Origin: Bacteroidales bacterium | Lineage (GTDB): Bacteria > Bacteroidota > Bacteroidia > Bacteroidales > VadinHA17 | Length of the DNA stretch: 64,000 bases | Assembly: GCA_963662685.1 (NCBI GenBank) | Contig: OY759745.1 | Coordinates: 2,309,799 to 2,373,798 of the forward strand | Direction: 5' to 3' | Shown: piece after piece, positions 55,927 to 64,000 of the stretch | Layout: every line of letters starts with the position of its first letter | Numbering within the stretch: the first letter of the stretch is position 1 | Position numbers and translations under genes: made by a program | The notes under the pieces: model-generated | Seen by the model: only the letters and a program-made list of their open reading frames with translations | Database searches by the model: none | What the model was told of the DNA's origin: nothing

Positions 55927-57141
55927 TTATTTCAAGATCTTACTTACAACCTGAGTGTCACCATCGTTAGGCGCTGGGTCTATTCCAAGGATGTTAGCTA
56001 TAATAAGATGTAAATTAAGATTTTGCATCGTTTCTCCCTTATACCCGTTTTTTAGCGCCGGGCCAGCCGCATAAAATATACCTTCCATCTCTTTCTCGAA
56101 ATTATCATATCCGTGCGAACCACCCGTAAAGGCCCTGTCGGTATCTCTGAACTGAACATAAGTCCCAATATTTGGTAATACTATCAGTTCGCCTATACGT
56201 TCGTTTGTTCCGTATACATATTTCGCTGGCATCTCCTCTTTCTTGTAAACAGTTATATTGGGGACTTCTTTAAGAATACCGTAAGCCGTTTCCGTATATG
56301 TTGGTTTTGGGTAAAGATACGTTGGCACGCCATCAAATACATAGTTAAAACTGTCCCTGGGGAGATATTTGTAAAGGTTTACATATTTGTCCGGAGTGTA
56401 TGTGGCCATACCATGATCCGATACAATAATAAAATTTATTTTTTTGAAGATATCCAGTTTTCTGGCTTTTATGAAGAAATAGTTCAGTATCTGGTCCAGT
56501 TCTTCCGCTTTCGCGATTACCTTCTCCGAGTCCGGAGTTTCGTCGTGTCCGATGGCATCAGGCTCCTCAATGTACCACATGATAAGATGCGGACGTTTTT
56601 CTTTTGGAAGCTGAAGCCATGTAATAACAGAATCGGCCCTGTCCCTGTACGGAACCGAACTGTCATATTTTTTCCATATTGAAGCCTGATGTCCTCCAAC
56701 AGCGGTTTCGCTTCCAACCCAGAAGAATGTTGCTGCTTTTACCCCTTGTCTTTCAGCGGTATTCCAGATAGGTTCACCTCCATAAAAAGCAGGGTTTTCA
56801 ACCGCTTCACGATTACCTATTGTGTAGATCAGATCCAAATCGGGGGCATAAAAAGAGTTATTGATCAATCCATGATGATCTGGGTATAGTCCGGTTGCCA
56901 TGGCGTAGTGGCTGGGAAACGTATTGCTTGGAAACTCGGGTCTGAAACCTGCCTGTACTCCTATAGCGGCCAAAGAATCGAGAGTTGGAGTATTGCTTCT
57001 GGATGCGTAATCATAACGAAACCCGTCAAGAGAGAGAACAACCGCGTATTTGTCATTTTTTGAAGAAGTTCTGTTGCATGAGAATAATACTAACGACAAA
57101 ATTATAAATAGGCATGAAAATATTCTGCTTTTCATCGGCAT
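55927..57141 (-). CDS. Ectonucleotide pyrophosphatase/phosphodiesterase (NPP, alkaline-phosphatase superfamily), lipoprotein
   Basis: Signal/lipobox LVLFSC. NPP blocks: LSLDGFRYDY, FPSNTFPSHYAMATG, PDAIGH and VSDHGM. Confidence 0.87.
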   Translation of the reverse strand: MPMKSRIFSCLFIILSLVLFSCNRTSSKNDKYAVVLSLDGFRYDYASRSNTPTLDSLAAIGVQAGFRPEFPSNTFPSHYAMATGLYPDHHGLINNSFYAPDLDLIYTIGNREAVENPAFYGGEPIWNTAERQGVKAATFFWVGSETAVGGHQASIWKKYDSSVPYRDRADSVITWLQLPKEKRPHLIMWYIEEPDAIGHDETPDSEKVIAKAEELDQILNYFFIKARKLDIFKKINFIIVSDHGMATYTPDKYVNLYKYLPRDSFNYVFDGVPTYLYPKPTYTETAYGILKEVPNITVYKKEEMPAKYVYGTNERIGELIVLPNIGTYVQFRDTDRAFTGGSHGYDNFEKEMEGIFYAAGPALKNGYKGETMQNLNLHLIIANILGIDPAPNDGDTQVVSKILK

Positions 57142-57224
57142 GAGTTTTAATGTATTCGGAAAATGATCTGTTTGATAGCAATCCCGAAGGTGTTGTCAAT
57201 AACGTTATATGTAGTAAATATAGT

Positions 57225-57265
57225 AAAAAAGGGACGCCGTTAAAAACTTACGGCTTCCCTTTTTT
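57225..57265. terminator. Bidirectional terminator between the TonB-dependent receptor gene and the NPP gene start region
   Basis: AAAAAAGGGACGCCGTtaaaaacttACGGCTTCCCTTTTTT, a 10-bp stem with one mismatch flanked by A and T runs. Confidence 0.75.
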
Positions 57266-57281
57266 ACTTGCTTATATATAA

Positions 57282-60200
57282 TTAATTAAATATATAACGG
57301 ACTCCAATCTGTAACTGCCAGCAGTTGGTGTAGACTTTATCATTGGTAAAACTGGTGGATGGCAAGTAATCTGTGCCATTAGAGTCTGTTTGGTAGTACA
57401 TTGAATAAGTGGGGACGTTCGAGGCAGTTTTTCCTTCATATCTCAATATTCTGCCGTAGTTAGATGGTGAAGATGACTGCATCAGTCCCCAGTTACTACT
57501 TATCAGGTTACCGAAATTCAGTATATCTAAGCTGACCTGGAGAGTGTTAGTACTATTTCCGGCTTTTATTTTGAACTCTTCGGTCAGTTTAAGATCTAAT
57601 CTGTTCAACCATGGCATTTTTGCCCCGTAAGCTTCAGCATATTCACCTTTATGCTTGCTAAGATATTTGTCCTGTTCAACAAAATTCCAGAAAGCTGAGG
57701 CCTGTTCATCCGCTGTAAATCCATTGGCATCAACAAATGTAAGGTCATTGGCGGAAGTCGGGATATATATAAGGTCATATGTCTGACCGTCCTGATTCAT
57801 GTCATTGGAATACATATAGCTAATCATCCCTGAGTTATATCCTGAATAGTATAGACCTATATTTGTCGCCAGGTTTTTAGCGTACTCAAATTTATAACTG
57901 AACGAACCGATAACCTTATCAGGTGTCAGATATTGAGAGTTGTGGAGATCCACGAGGTTAGGACCGTCTACCGATGGAAGATTGTTCCATGCGGAATAAG
58001 CCTGTGATCCGGGATTACCAGATATTTCTTTAGCTATTGTATGGGTATATGATGCCATCAGGTTCATATTTGTCATTGGTTGTGCTGTAACCATTATGTT
58101 GGCTGTCCCACTATAGCCTTTACTGGTGTTTTTAAGAACTACAGCGCCGCTGGTAACTCTTGAAGAGATCATTGCGGCGGAACTGCTACCATAATCCAGC
58201 CTGTTATCGGGGCCGGAAAAGGTGGGCAGGCCTGAAGGATCAACAACGTTGTAGTTTTCCATGCATACAGCGTTAATATCTTTGTTGAACATGCCTTCTA
58301 CCGTAACGGTAACCGGCATCTCAACGGGTAACTGGTAATCAATGGCAATGGCGTTTTTCCAAAGCTGCGGCAATTTGAAGCTGGGATCTATTCCAACAAC
58401 CGTAGCTCTTGAAATATCATCTTCTGTCGCGTAACTCGGTGCGGTAGGAAGTCCCAATGTAGATATCATTTCATTGACATCAGTAATCATACCGCCGGTG
58501 AGTGTAGCCAGGTCCGCGGCTGAAGTAATGGAGACGGTGTTCTGCAACATCCCGGAATTAGTAGGCATGTTGGTGAAGAATACGAGAGGTATTCTTCCTG
58601 TAAACACTCCTGTTCCGCCACGCAGGATCAGGCTCTTGTCTCCGTTGATATCCCAGTTGAAACCGACGCGCGGGGAAAGCTGAACGGATACGTCGGGCCA
58701 TCTACCGTTATCAATATGTCTTCCGTTAAAATCAATGTCGAGTACTCCTTCATTGGTTTCAAGGTCGTTGAGGTAGTTCAGCATGTCGGCTCTCAATCCG
58801 TACGTGAGTTTTAATTTTTTTGTTATGTTCCATTCGTCCTGAGCGTAAACACCGGATTGAGCGAACGCGACTTCAGCGGCCGGACTCAGTTCCCCGCCAT
58901 AACCATAGGTAAGACCGAAAGCTATCGGCGCTGCTCCGCTAATAAAATCATCAAGTGAAACGTATTTATAATAACCTGTTCCATAACGCATAAAGTTATT
59001 TACCGCATTTTGGTATTCAAATGAAGCGCCTGCCGTTATATTGTGGCTTCCTGAGATGATTGTTATATAGTCGTTGGCGTTGAAAATGGTATTACCAACT
59101 TTATTGTTCCACGAAAAGAGTTCGTAACCCGCGCTCATGAAAGCGTTGCCATCTTTCCATATATCTACATGAGGGAACGGATCAGAGTTGGAACTTCGCT
59201 CATCAACAATATTTGAATAGGTAACCAGCAACTTATTGGATATCTGGTCGTTTAGCTTGCTGTTCAACTCACCGGCGATTGACAGAACATTGTTATCCAT
59301 GAAATAACAGTTATCCAGAAAAGCCATAGCATCTTTTGATATACGTCCCGACGCTGCTTTGGTTCCGACTGTCGAGGTAGCGTTAGTTGGGTAGGCTGTG
59401 GAATTTGTTGTATAATTGAATCTTACACTCAGTTTGTTCGCATTGTTTATGTTCCAGTCGATCTTTGCCAATGCTTTGTAGTTTTTTGTGCCTCCGTCGT
59501 AGTTGCTGTACGATCCCGGATCATAACCATAATCGTTTTTTAAAACATTAGCGAACGCGTCCATATCAGCCGAGGTAACCCTGCTAATGTAATTATCGGT
59601 AGAAATCCCGTCAGTGGATAGCTTCCAGTTATGGATAGGAGAGGGCGAATTTTCATATTCACCGTTAACAAAGAAGAAAAGTTTATTTTTGATTATGGGC
59701 CCTCCAACTGTAAATCCGTAGGTAGAAAGGGATTCCTCGGCCCTGTCGCCCATATCCTCTCCGGCTATCTTATTTCCTCTCATATCCTGGTTTCTTTGAT
59801 ATGTATAGGCGCTGGCTTTAAAGGTATTTGTACCACTTTTGGTAATGGCGTTTATACCTCCACCAATAAAGTTGGTCTGTCGTACATCAAACGGAGCTAT
59901 AACAACCTGGACCTCTTCTATGGCGTCCAGGGAGATTGGGTTACCACCTCCGGGCAGATTGGATGATAGTCCGAAGTTATTGTTAAGATTCGCTCCGTCA
60001 ATGGTGAAGGAACTCATCCTGCCATCGCGACCGGCAAAGTCATTCCCCCCTCCCGAGTATGGAGAAAGACGGGTAAAGTCTTCCAGGCTCCTGTCGATTG
60101 TAGGCATAATACCCAGCTGAGTATTGCTGATGTTGGTAATGGCCCCGTTTTTTTTACCAGAGAATTTGGACCTGTCGCCAACTACCGTAACCTCAGATAA

Positions 60201-60536
60201 CTGGGTAGCGGATTCATTAAGCTCTACATCGAGCATATAAGTTTCGCCCAGTTTAAGCGTAACTTCTTCAAAAACGGCAGTCGCATACCCGATGAAGGAG
60301 ACTTCGACTGTATAAGGTCCGCCAACGCGCATACCTTGAATGTCAAACAGACCGTTCCCACTGCTGATAGCGCCATACCGTGTTCCTGATGGTCCGTGCA
60401 CGGCTACGATGGTGGCACCGGATATGGTTTCGTTACCAGAAGAGACCACGCCACTCAAGCTGGCGGTAGTAACCTGTGCGTATACCCCAAAAAAGGTAAA
60501 TAACAGAAGCGCAAACAAAGATGTGATTCTTTTCAT
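57282..60536 (-). CDS. TonB-dependent receptor with N-terminal carboxypeptidase-regulatory-like domain (Oar-like). No SusD partner is present.
   Basis: Signal peptide. CarboxypepD_reg-like block: SLSGVV....E.ISGATIVAVH.PSGT.YG..S...G.F.I.GMRVGGPY.V.VSFIGY. A plug domain and a large barrel follow, ending YIFN. Confidence 0.88.
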   Translation of the reverse strand: MKRITSLFALLLFTFFGVYAQVTTASLSGVVSSGNETISGATIVAVHGPSGTRYGAISSGNGLFDIQGMRVGGPYTVEVSFIGYATAVFEEVTLKLGETYMLDVELNESATQLSEVTVVGDRSKFSGKKNGAITNISNTQLGIMPTIDRSLEDFTRLSPYSGGGNDFAGRDGRMSSFTIDGANLNNNFGLSSNLPGGGNPISLDAIEEVQVVIAPFDVRQTNFIGGGINAITKSGTNTFKASAYTYQRNQDMRGNKIAGEDMGDRAEESLSTYGFTVGGPIIKNKLFFFVNGEYENSPSPIHNWKLSTDGISTDNYISRVTSADMDAFANVLKNDYGYDPGSYSNYDGGTKNYKALAKIDWNINNANKLSVRFNYTTNSTAYPTNATSTVGTKAASGRISKDAMAFLDNCYFMDNNVLSIAGELNSKLNDQISNKLLVTYSNIVDERSSNSDPFPHVDIWKDGNAFMSAGYELFSWNNKVGNTIFNANDYITIISGSHNITAGASFEYQNAVNNFMRYGTGYYKYVSLDDFISGAAPIAFGLTYGYGGELSPAAEVAFAQSGVYAQDEWNITKKLKLTYGLRADMLNYLNDLETNEGVLDIDFNGRHIDNGRWPDVSVQLSPRVGFNWDINGDKSLILRGGTGVFTGRIPLVFFTNMPTNSGMLQNTVSITSAADLATLTGGMITDVNEMISTLGLPTAPSYATEDDISRATVVGIDPSFKLPQLWKNAIAIDYQLPVEMPVTVTVEGMFNKDINAVCMENYNVVDPSGLPTFSGPDNRLDYGSSSAAMISSRVTSGAVVLKNTSKGYSGTANIMVTAQPMTNMNLMASYTHTIAKEISGNPGSQAYSAWNNLPSVDGPNLVDLHNSQYLTPDKVIGSFSYKFEYAKNLATNIGLYYSGYNSGMISYMYSNDMNQDGQTYDLIYIPTSANDLTFVDANGFTADEQASAFWNFVEQDKYLSKHKGEYAEAYGAKMPWLNRLDLKLTEEFKIKAGNSTNTLQVSLDILNFGNLISSNWGLMQSSSPSNYGRILRYEGKTASNVPTYSMYYQTDSNGTDYLPSTSFTNDKVYTNCWQLQIGVRYIFN

Positions 60537-60794
60537 GTTGTCTGGTTTTATTGTTTTTTAGATTTACAAAACTAAGTCCACTCTGTTTCAAAATAGTTAT
60601 AGATATGTTACGAAAAAATCAAATCTGACATATAAGAAGGAAATCACACCTCAAAAATATAGCAATTTTATTTTGGGTATAATACAGCTTCACCGAAACT
60701 TACTAACAGAAATTGTTAATATGTTCCGGTGAAACCTGTTGGGAATGATTGTGATGTTAATTCAGCAATATCCCGGGATATAGTTTAAGATTTT

Positions 60795-62141
60795 TTATCT
60801 GGGGGGTCCGTCACCGGGGTAGCCGCCACCACCGCTGTAGCCGCCACCACCGCTGTAGCCGCCACCACCGTAGCCACCGCCACCTTGAGTGGCGCCTCTT
60901 AGACGTGTATTGATAACGTTGTTGTACATTGATCCAAAGGTAAATGAAAAGCCGGTGTTGAATGACAATGACTGTGATGTGGATAGCTGGCGTATACCTA
61001 AATACAGATCCTCTGGACTGAGACTCTTTTTAGAAATGTTCACGTCGTCGTTGATAAGCGAGAAGCTACCAGACATGTTCCAAGAGAGTCCTTTCCAGAT
61101 ACGGATATTCAAACCAGCGGTTATGTTAACGTTGTTTTCGCTGAAATCTCTCAGGAAATTGCTGAAAGTAATGCTTGAAAATACATCTCCCCATTGTTCT
61201 CTCTGGAAATATCCAACAGAAATCTGTTCATAAGTTATAAGTTCTTCAGTTTGTTCAAATATAGTTGTATCAATATAATTTCTTCCATCTATACCAACAT
61301 AGTAGCCTATAGTTGCCTGTCGGCGACTTGACATCTCGTATGGGAAGAAGTTATATTCAAATGCGGCTGTAAGCTTATAATTAAAATCCAGATTATCAAC
61401 AGTATTTCTTTCAAGATGACCTAATATACCTACACCAGCGTTGGGTCCAAGTGATTTTACGGTTTCAGCGCTTAATATTGCTTTACTGGTCTTATTTATA
61501 GAGCTAAAATCATCAGAAATGAATTCCTGATTTTCGTATTCATAGTGAGTTCTTAACTCATGTCGCCATGCGGGGGTTATCCTTGAAACGTCAAGTCCTC
61601 CATTGTAATTTTGCGTTTTTCTGGTATCAACAGCTGAATAGTTTGCTCTCAAATCGGCTTCAAACACCCAACTGTCCCATGGATCATCGGTAACTACATT
61701 ACCTCCCCTTGGTATCTCATTAGAAGTTATATTGATATCCAGAATATTATTGGATAGAGCCATATAACGCATAAGTCCCATTTTCAAGACTTTAGTGTAT
61801 CCTTCCCTTGTTTCGGTATCTGTAGCCTGACCATTAGCAAAATAGCTAAGTGTATCAGCTTTACCCGCAAACTCTTTGAGGCCCATAAAGTAAAAATCGT
61901 ATTGTGATCCTGCTCCGGTCATGCTTCTGGCTACAAGAACATGTACATCAGATGCATCGCGGGTGCGGACATAGTTTACATAAGGGAATTCCTCCTTAAT
62001 GAAAGTTTCATCAATTTCTCCATCAAGAAATACATTGATTGTATTTTCCTGATTACTTGTCTGTTCTGTGGCGTTTTGTCCGTGGACAAACAAAGGTAAA
62101 AATAGTAGCATAGCTACAAATGGTAACAGTTTTCTTTTCAT
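60795..62141 (-). CDS. Signal-peptide protein of unknown family (probable outer-membrane beta-barrel) with a C-terminal Gly/Tyr-rich tail; paralog A
   Basis: Signal peptide LLFLPLFVHGQ. It shares long identical runs with 62528-63832. A beta-signal-like GFSFTF is followed by a 45-aa extension ending GGGGYGGGGYSGGGGYSGGGGYPGDGPPR. Confidence 0.75.
   Translation of the reverse strand: MKRKLLPFVAMLLFLPLFVHGQNATEQTSNQENTINVFLDGEIDETFIKEEFPYVNYVRTRDASDVHVLVARSMTGAGSQYDFYFMGLKEFAGKADTLSYFANGQATDTETREGYTKVLKMGLMRYMALSNNILDINITSNEIPRGGNVVTDDPWDSWVFEADLRANYSAVDTRKTQNYNGGLDVSRITPAWRHELRTHYEYENQEFISDDFSSINKTSKAILSAETVKSLGPNAGVGILGHLERNTVDNLDFNYKLTAAFEYNFFPYEMSSRRQATIGYYVGIDGRNYIDTTIFEQTEELITYEQISVGYFQREQWGDVFSSITFSNFLRDFSENNVNITAGLNIRIWKGLSWNMSGSFSLINDDVNISKKSLSPEDLYLGIRQLSTSQSLSFNTGFSFTFGSMYNNVINTRLRGATQGGGGYGGGGYSGGGGYSGGGGYPGDGPPR
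60819..60884 (-). repeat. In-frame tandem repeats (2 x 18 bp plus 2 x 15 bp) encoding the Gly/Tyr tail of paralog A
   Basis: Plus strand: gtagccgccaccaccgct / gtagccgccaccaccgct / gtagccgccaccacc / gtagccaccgccacc. Confidence 0.9.
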
Positions 62142-62474
62142 TGTTTTAGTATAATTTTTTTTGGTTTGTTGGATGCTTCAAAACATTTAAACAAGTTTTG
62201 GTATAATTCTTTGACAAAGGACTTTCAAAATGACTGGATTATTCCGATTTTTTTTGAAAACGAAAAAAACATCCCTGAAGGCGAAATATGTCTTATTTTA
62301 TGGAATAGTACTTCAACTTGATAAAATGTAATAAAAACATCGATTCTACTATATTTTTTTAATGTGATCGCGAATATAGCTATATTATCTTTTCCTGAAG
62401 TGAGGTTTTTTCGTTATCAACTATCAAATTTTCGTTTCAGAATGGCCACTGTCGTATGTTTCTGTTGTTATAAG

Positions 62475-62482
62475 TATGTTTG
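62475..62482 (+). promoter_or_regulatory. -7 promoter box TATGTTTG for paralog B
   Basis: Exact TAnnTTTG, 45 nt upstream of the ATG at 62528. Confidence 0.4.
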
Positions 62483-62527
62483 GCAATAGATTGGGGACAT
62501 ATGATGATATAATTAAAAAAATATAAT

Positions 62528-63832
62528 ATGAGAAATTACAGCTTAAAGTATTGTGTTGCGGTCTTGTTTTTGCTTTTATTGCCATTTTCTGTGAAGGGAC
62601 AAGAGGATGTGTCTACCTCTCCGGTTAATGTATTTATAGACGGGAGTATCGATGAGAACTATCTCAAAGAAGAATTTCCACAGGTCAATTATGTGCGCAC
62701 AAAGGAGTCGTCCAACGTTCACCTTCTGGCAACAAGACAATCAACGGGAGCGGGAATGCACTATCAGCTATTTTTTATTGGATATGGAGAATTCGCTGGC
62801 AAGAATGATACCCTTAGCTATTACTCAAATTCTCAGGCAACGTCAACCGAAATTAGGGATGGTTACACTAGGGTTATTGAAGCGGGGTTGATTCGTTACC
62901 TGGCTTTAGCCGATACCTATTATGATTTAAATATTCCGGATTCAGACGATCAGCGCGGAGGAAACTCAGTTGTTGAAGATCCTTGGGACAGCTGGGTATT
63001 TGATATCAGATTAAACGGAAATATGGGAGGAGAAGAATCGAAAAAATCCCAGTCTTTTTCCAGTGGACTTGACGTTTCCAGGGTGACAAACGACTGGCGT
63101 TTTGAGTTTTCTTTCGATTACGAGTCGGAAAAGAAGATTTACGATTATGACGATTATTACTCAGAGAATATTACTCTTGAGACGAGGGGAAAATACTCTG
63201 TTGTAAAGAGTCTGGGCCCACATGCCGGTACCGGTATTATTGGTGAATTACAAAGTAATACCGTGGATAATTATGATATAAACAGTGTAAATGCTTTGGC
63301 CATTGAGTATAACTTCTTTCCATACGATATGTCCAGTCGCCGGCAACTTTATGTAAATTATTTTATAGGAGTGGATTATAGGGATTACACTGATTCTACG
63401 GTATATGATAAGCTATATGAAACTATACCTTATGAAAGGTTTTCCATTGGTTACAGTCAAAGAGAGCAGTGGGGTAACGTGTCTGCTAACATCTCTTTCC
63501 AGAATTTTCTCAATGATTTTTCCAAAAATCATCTCAGGTTGAGTTCGGGTATTAATTTACGCATCTGGAGAGGATTATCGTGGAATTTAAATGCTAGCTA
63601 TTCGTTAATAAATGATGATGTGAATATTGCTAAAACTGAAGTTGATCCTGAGGATATATTGCTTGGACTCAGACAACTATCGACTTCATCTTCGTATAGT
63701 ATAAGAACAGGTATTTCGTTTACCTTCGGTTCCATGTACAATAATATCGTTAACACCCGTCTCCGTCAGGGTAGCAGCGGTGGCAGCGGTGGTAGCGGTG
63801 GTAGCAGTGGCGGCGGTGGCGGCCGATATTAA
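62528..63832 (+). CDS. Signal-peptide protein of unknown family (probable outer-membrane beta-barrel) with a C-terminal Gly/Ser-rich tail; paralog B
   Basis: Signal peptide VAVLFLLLLPFSVKGQ. The domain order matches paralog A. GISFTF is followed by GSMYNNIVNTRLRQGSSGGSGGSGGSSGGGGGRY. Confidence 0.75.
   Translation: MRNYSLKYCVAVLFLLLLPFSVKGQEDVSTSPVNVFIDGSIDENYLKEEFPQVNYVRTKESSNVHLLATRQSTGAGMHYQLFFIGYGEFAGKNDTLSYYSNSQATSTEIRDGYTRVIEAGLIRYLALADTYYDLNIPDSDDQRGGNSVVEDPWDSWVFDIRLNGNMGGEESKKSQSFSSGLDVSRVTNDWRFEFSFDYESEKKIYDYDDYYSENITLETRGKYSVVKSLGPHAGTGIIGELQSNTVDNYDINSVNALAIEYNFFPYDMSSRRQLYVNYFIGVDYRDYTDSTVYDKLYETIPYERFSIGYSQREQWGNVSANISFQNFLNDFSKNHLRLSSGINLRIWRGLSWNLNASYSLINDDVNIAKTEVDPEDILLGLRQLSTSSSYSIRTGISFTFGSMYNNIVNTRLRQGSSGGSGGSGGSSGGGGGRY
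63770..63823 (+). repeat. Degenerate 9-bp in-frame tandem repeats (agcggtggy) encoding the Gly/Ser tail of paralog B
   Basis: ggtagcagcggtggcagcggtggtagcggtggtagcagtggcggcggtggcggc, read directly. Confidence 0.85.
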
Positions 63833-63863
63833 TTGTTGGATGTAATTTACAGATTTTTAGATT

Positions 63864-63900
63864 ATGCCGGGAGGTTCTCATGTAATTGATCTCCCGGCAT
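63864..63900. terminator. Terminator hairpin between paralog B and the convergent partial gene
   Basis: ATGCCGGGAG...(17-nt loop)...CTCCCGGCAT, a 10-bp stem followed by tgttttt. Confidence 0.75.
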
Positions 63901-63906
63901 TGTTTT

Positions 63907-64000
63907 TCAGAAAACTCTGCGGCCTCCCCTTGGGTAGCCAAAACCTCCTGATGATGAACCTGAGACATTGACAAGTGATGAAACAGTAATTCTGGCCAGT
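63907..64000 (-). CDS. 3' end of a gene continuing beyond the window. The C-terminus is Gly-rich and ends in Phe.
   Basis: My own translation of the frame open to the window edge gives ...LARITVSSLVNVSGSSSGGFGYPRGGRRVF*. Only 30 codons are visible. It is followed by the shared terminator. Confidence 0.35.
   Translation of the reverse strand, partial: LARITVSSLVNVSGSSSGGFGYPRGGRRVF

Noticed and set aside
60801-60890. Short GC-rich tandem repeats that might be mistaken for a CRISPR or minisatellite locus. The same applies to 22130-22232 and 63770-63823.
   Set aside because: The units are 9-18 bp, contiguous without spacers, and lie in-frame inside CDSs encoding Gly-rich peptides. They are not CRISPR arrays.
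63750-63974. 74-aa minus-strand ORF overlapping the 3' end of paralog B
   Set aside because: It reads through the Gly-codon repeats of paralog B in antisense, giving His/Arg/Cys-rich nonsense, and it crosses the terminator hairpin. A different frame (63907-64000) is open to the window edge and is the more plausible coding frame.

Overview
This window looks like a chromosomal segment of a Bacteroidota genome. The evidence is a T9SS type-B sorting-domain protein, an Oar-like TonB-dependent receptor, TAnnTTTG -7 promoter boxes and mostly Shine-Dalgarno-less starts. I support about 47 protein-coding genes and one tRNA-Asp(GTC). I saw no rRNA, no CRISPR array and no transposase, integrase or phage genes.

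Most genes are recognisable housekeeping or transport functions:
- purL (5' part), nupG, an M28 peptidase and a UvrD/PcrA helicase
- gap, prolyl oligopeptidase, a nitroreductase, yjbQ, a RecD-like helicase and rsmD
- MarR plus a MATE transporter, MscS, Nudix, a GH3 beta-glucosidase and corA
- a GT4 glycosyltransferase, a serine hydrolase and an SNF2 helicase
- a four-gene 2-oxoacid:ferredoxin oxidoreductase operon, ldhA, and a TolC/RND/MFP efflux operon with a divergent AraC regulator
- class II fba, an M49 peptidase and an NPP phosphodiesterase

The loci most worth follow-up are:
1. A signal-peptide/LamG/single-TM/C-terminal winged-helix (SARP/OmpR-like) protein. It lies just upstream of three perfect-phase 11-bp direct repeats and two TAT-exported enzymes, a Gfo/Idh/MocA oxidoreductase and a xylose-isomerase-like TIM barrel. 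The TIM barrel carries a (GGPMP)n insertion.
2. A PadR gene translationally coupled to two membrane proteins built from five copies of a K-x-x-H/N-W-P-x-A/S-G-I transmembrane hairpin.
3. A divergent pair of paralogous signal-peptide proteins, probably outer-membrane beta-barrels. Each continues past its apparent beta-signal into a Gly/Tyr or Gly/Ser tail encoded by in-frame tandem repeats. A third Gly-rich C-terminus lies at the window edge.
4. A corA leader with mutually exclusive hairpins, one of which buries a strong SD.
5. A 38-bp perfect palindrome over the marR promoter.

All functional names are by-eye motif and family recognition. No database search was run.
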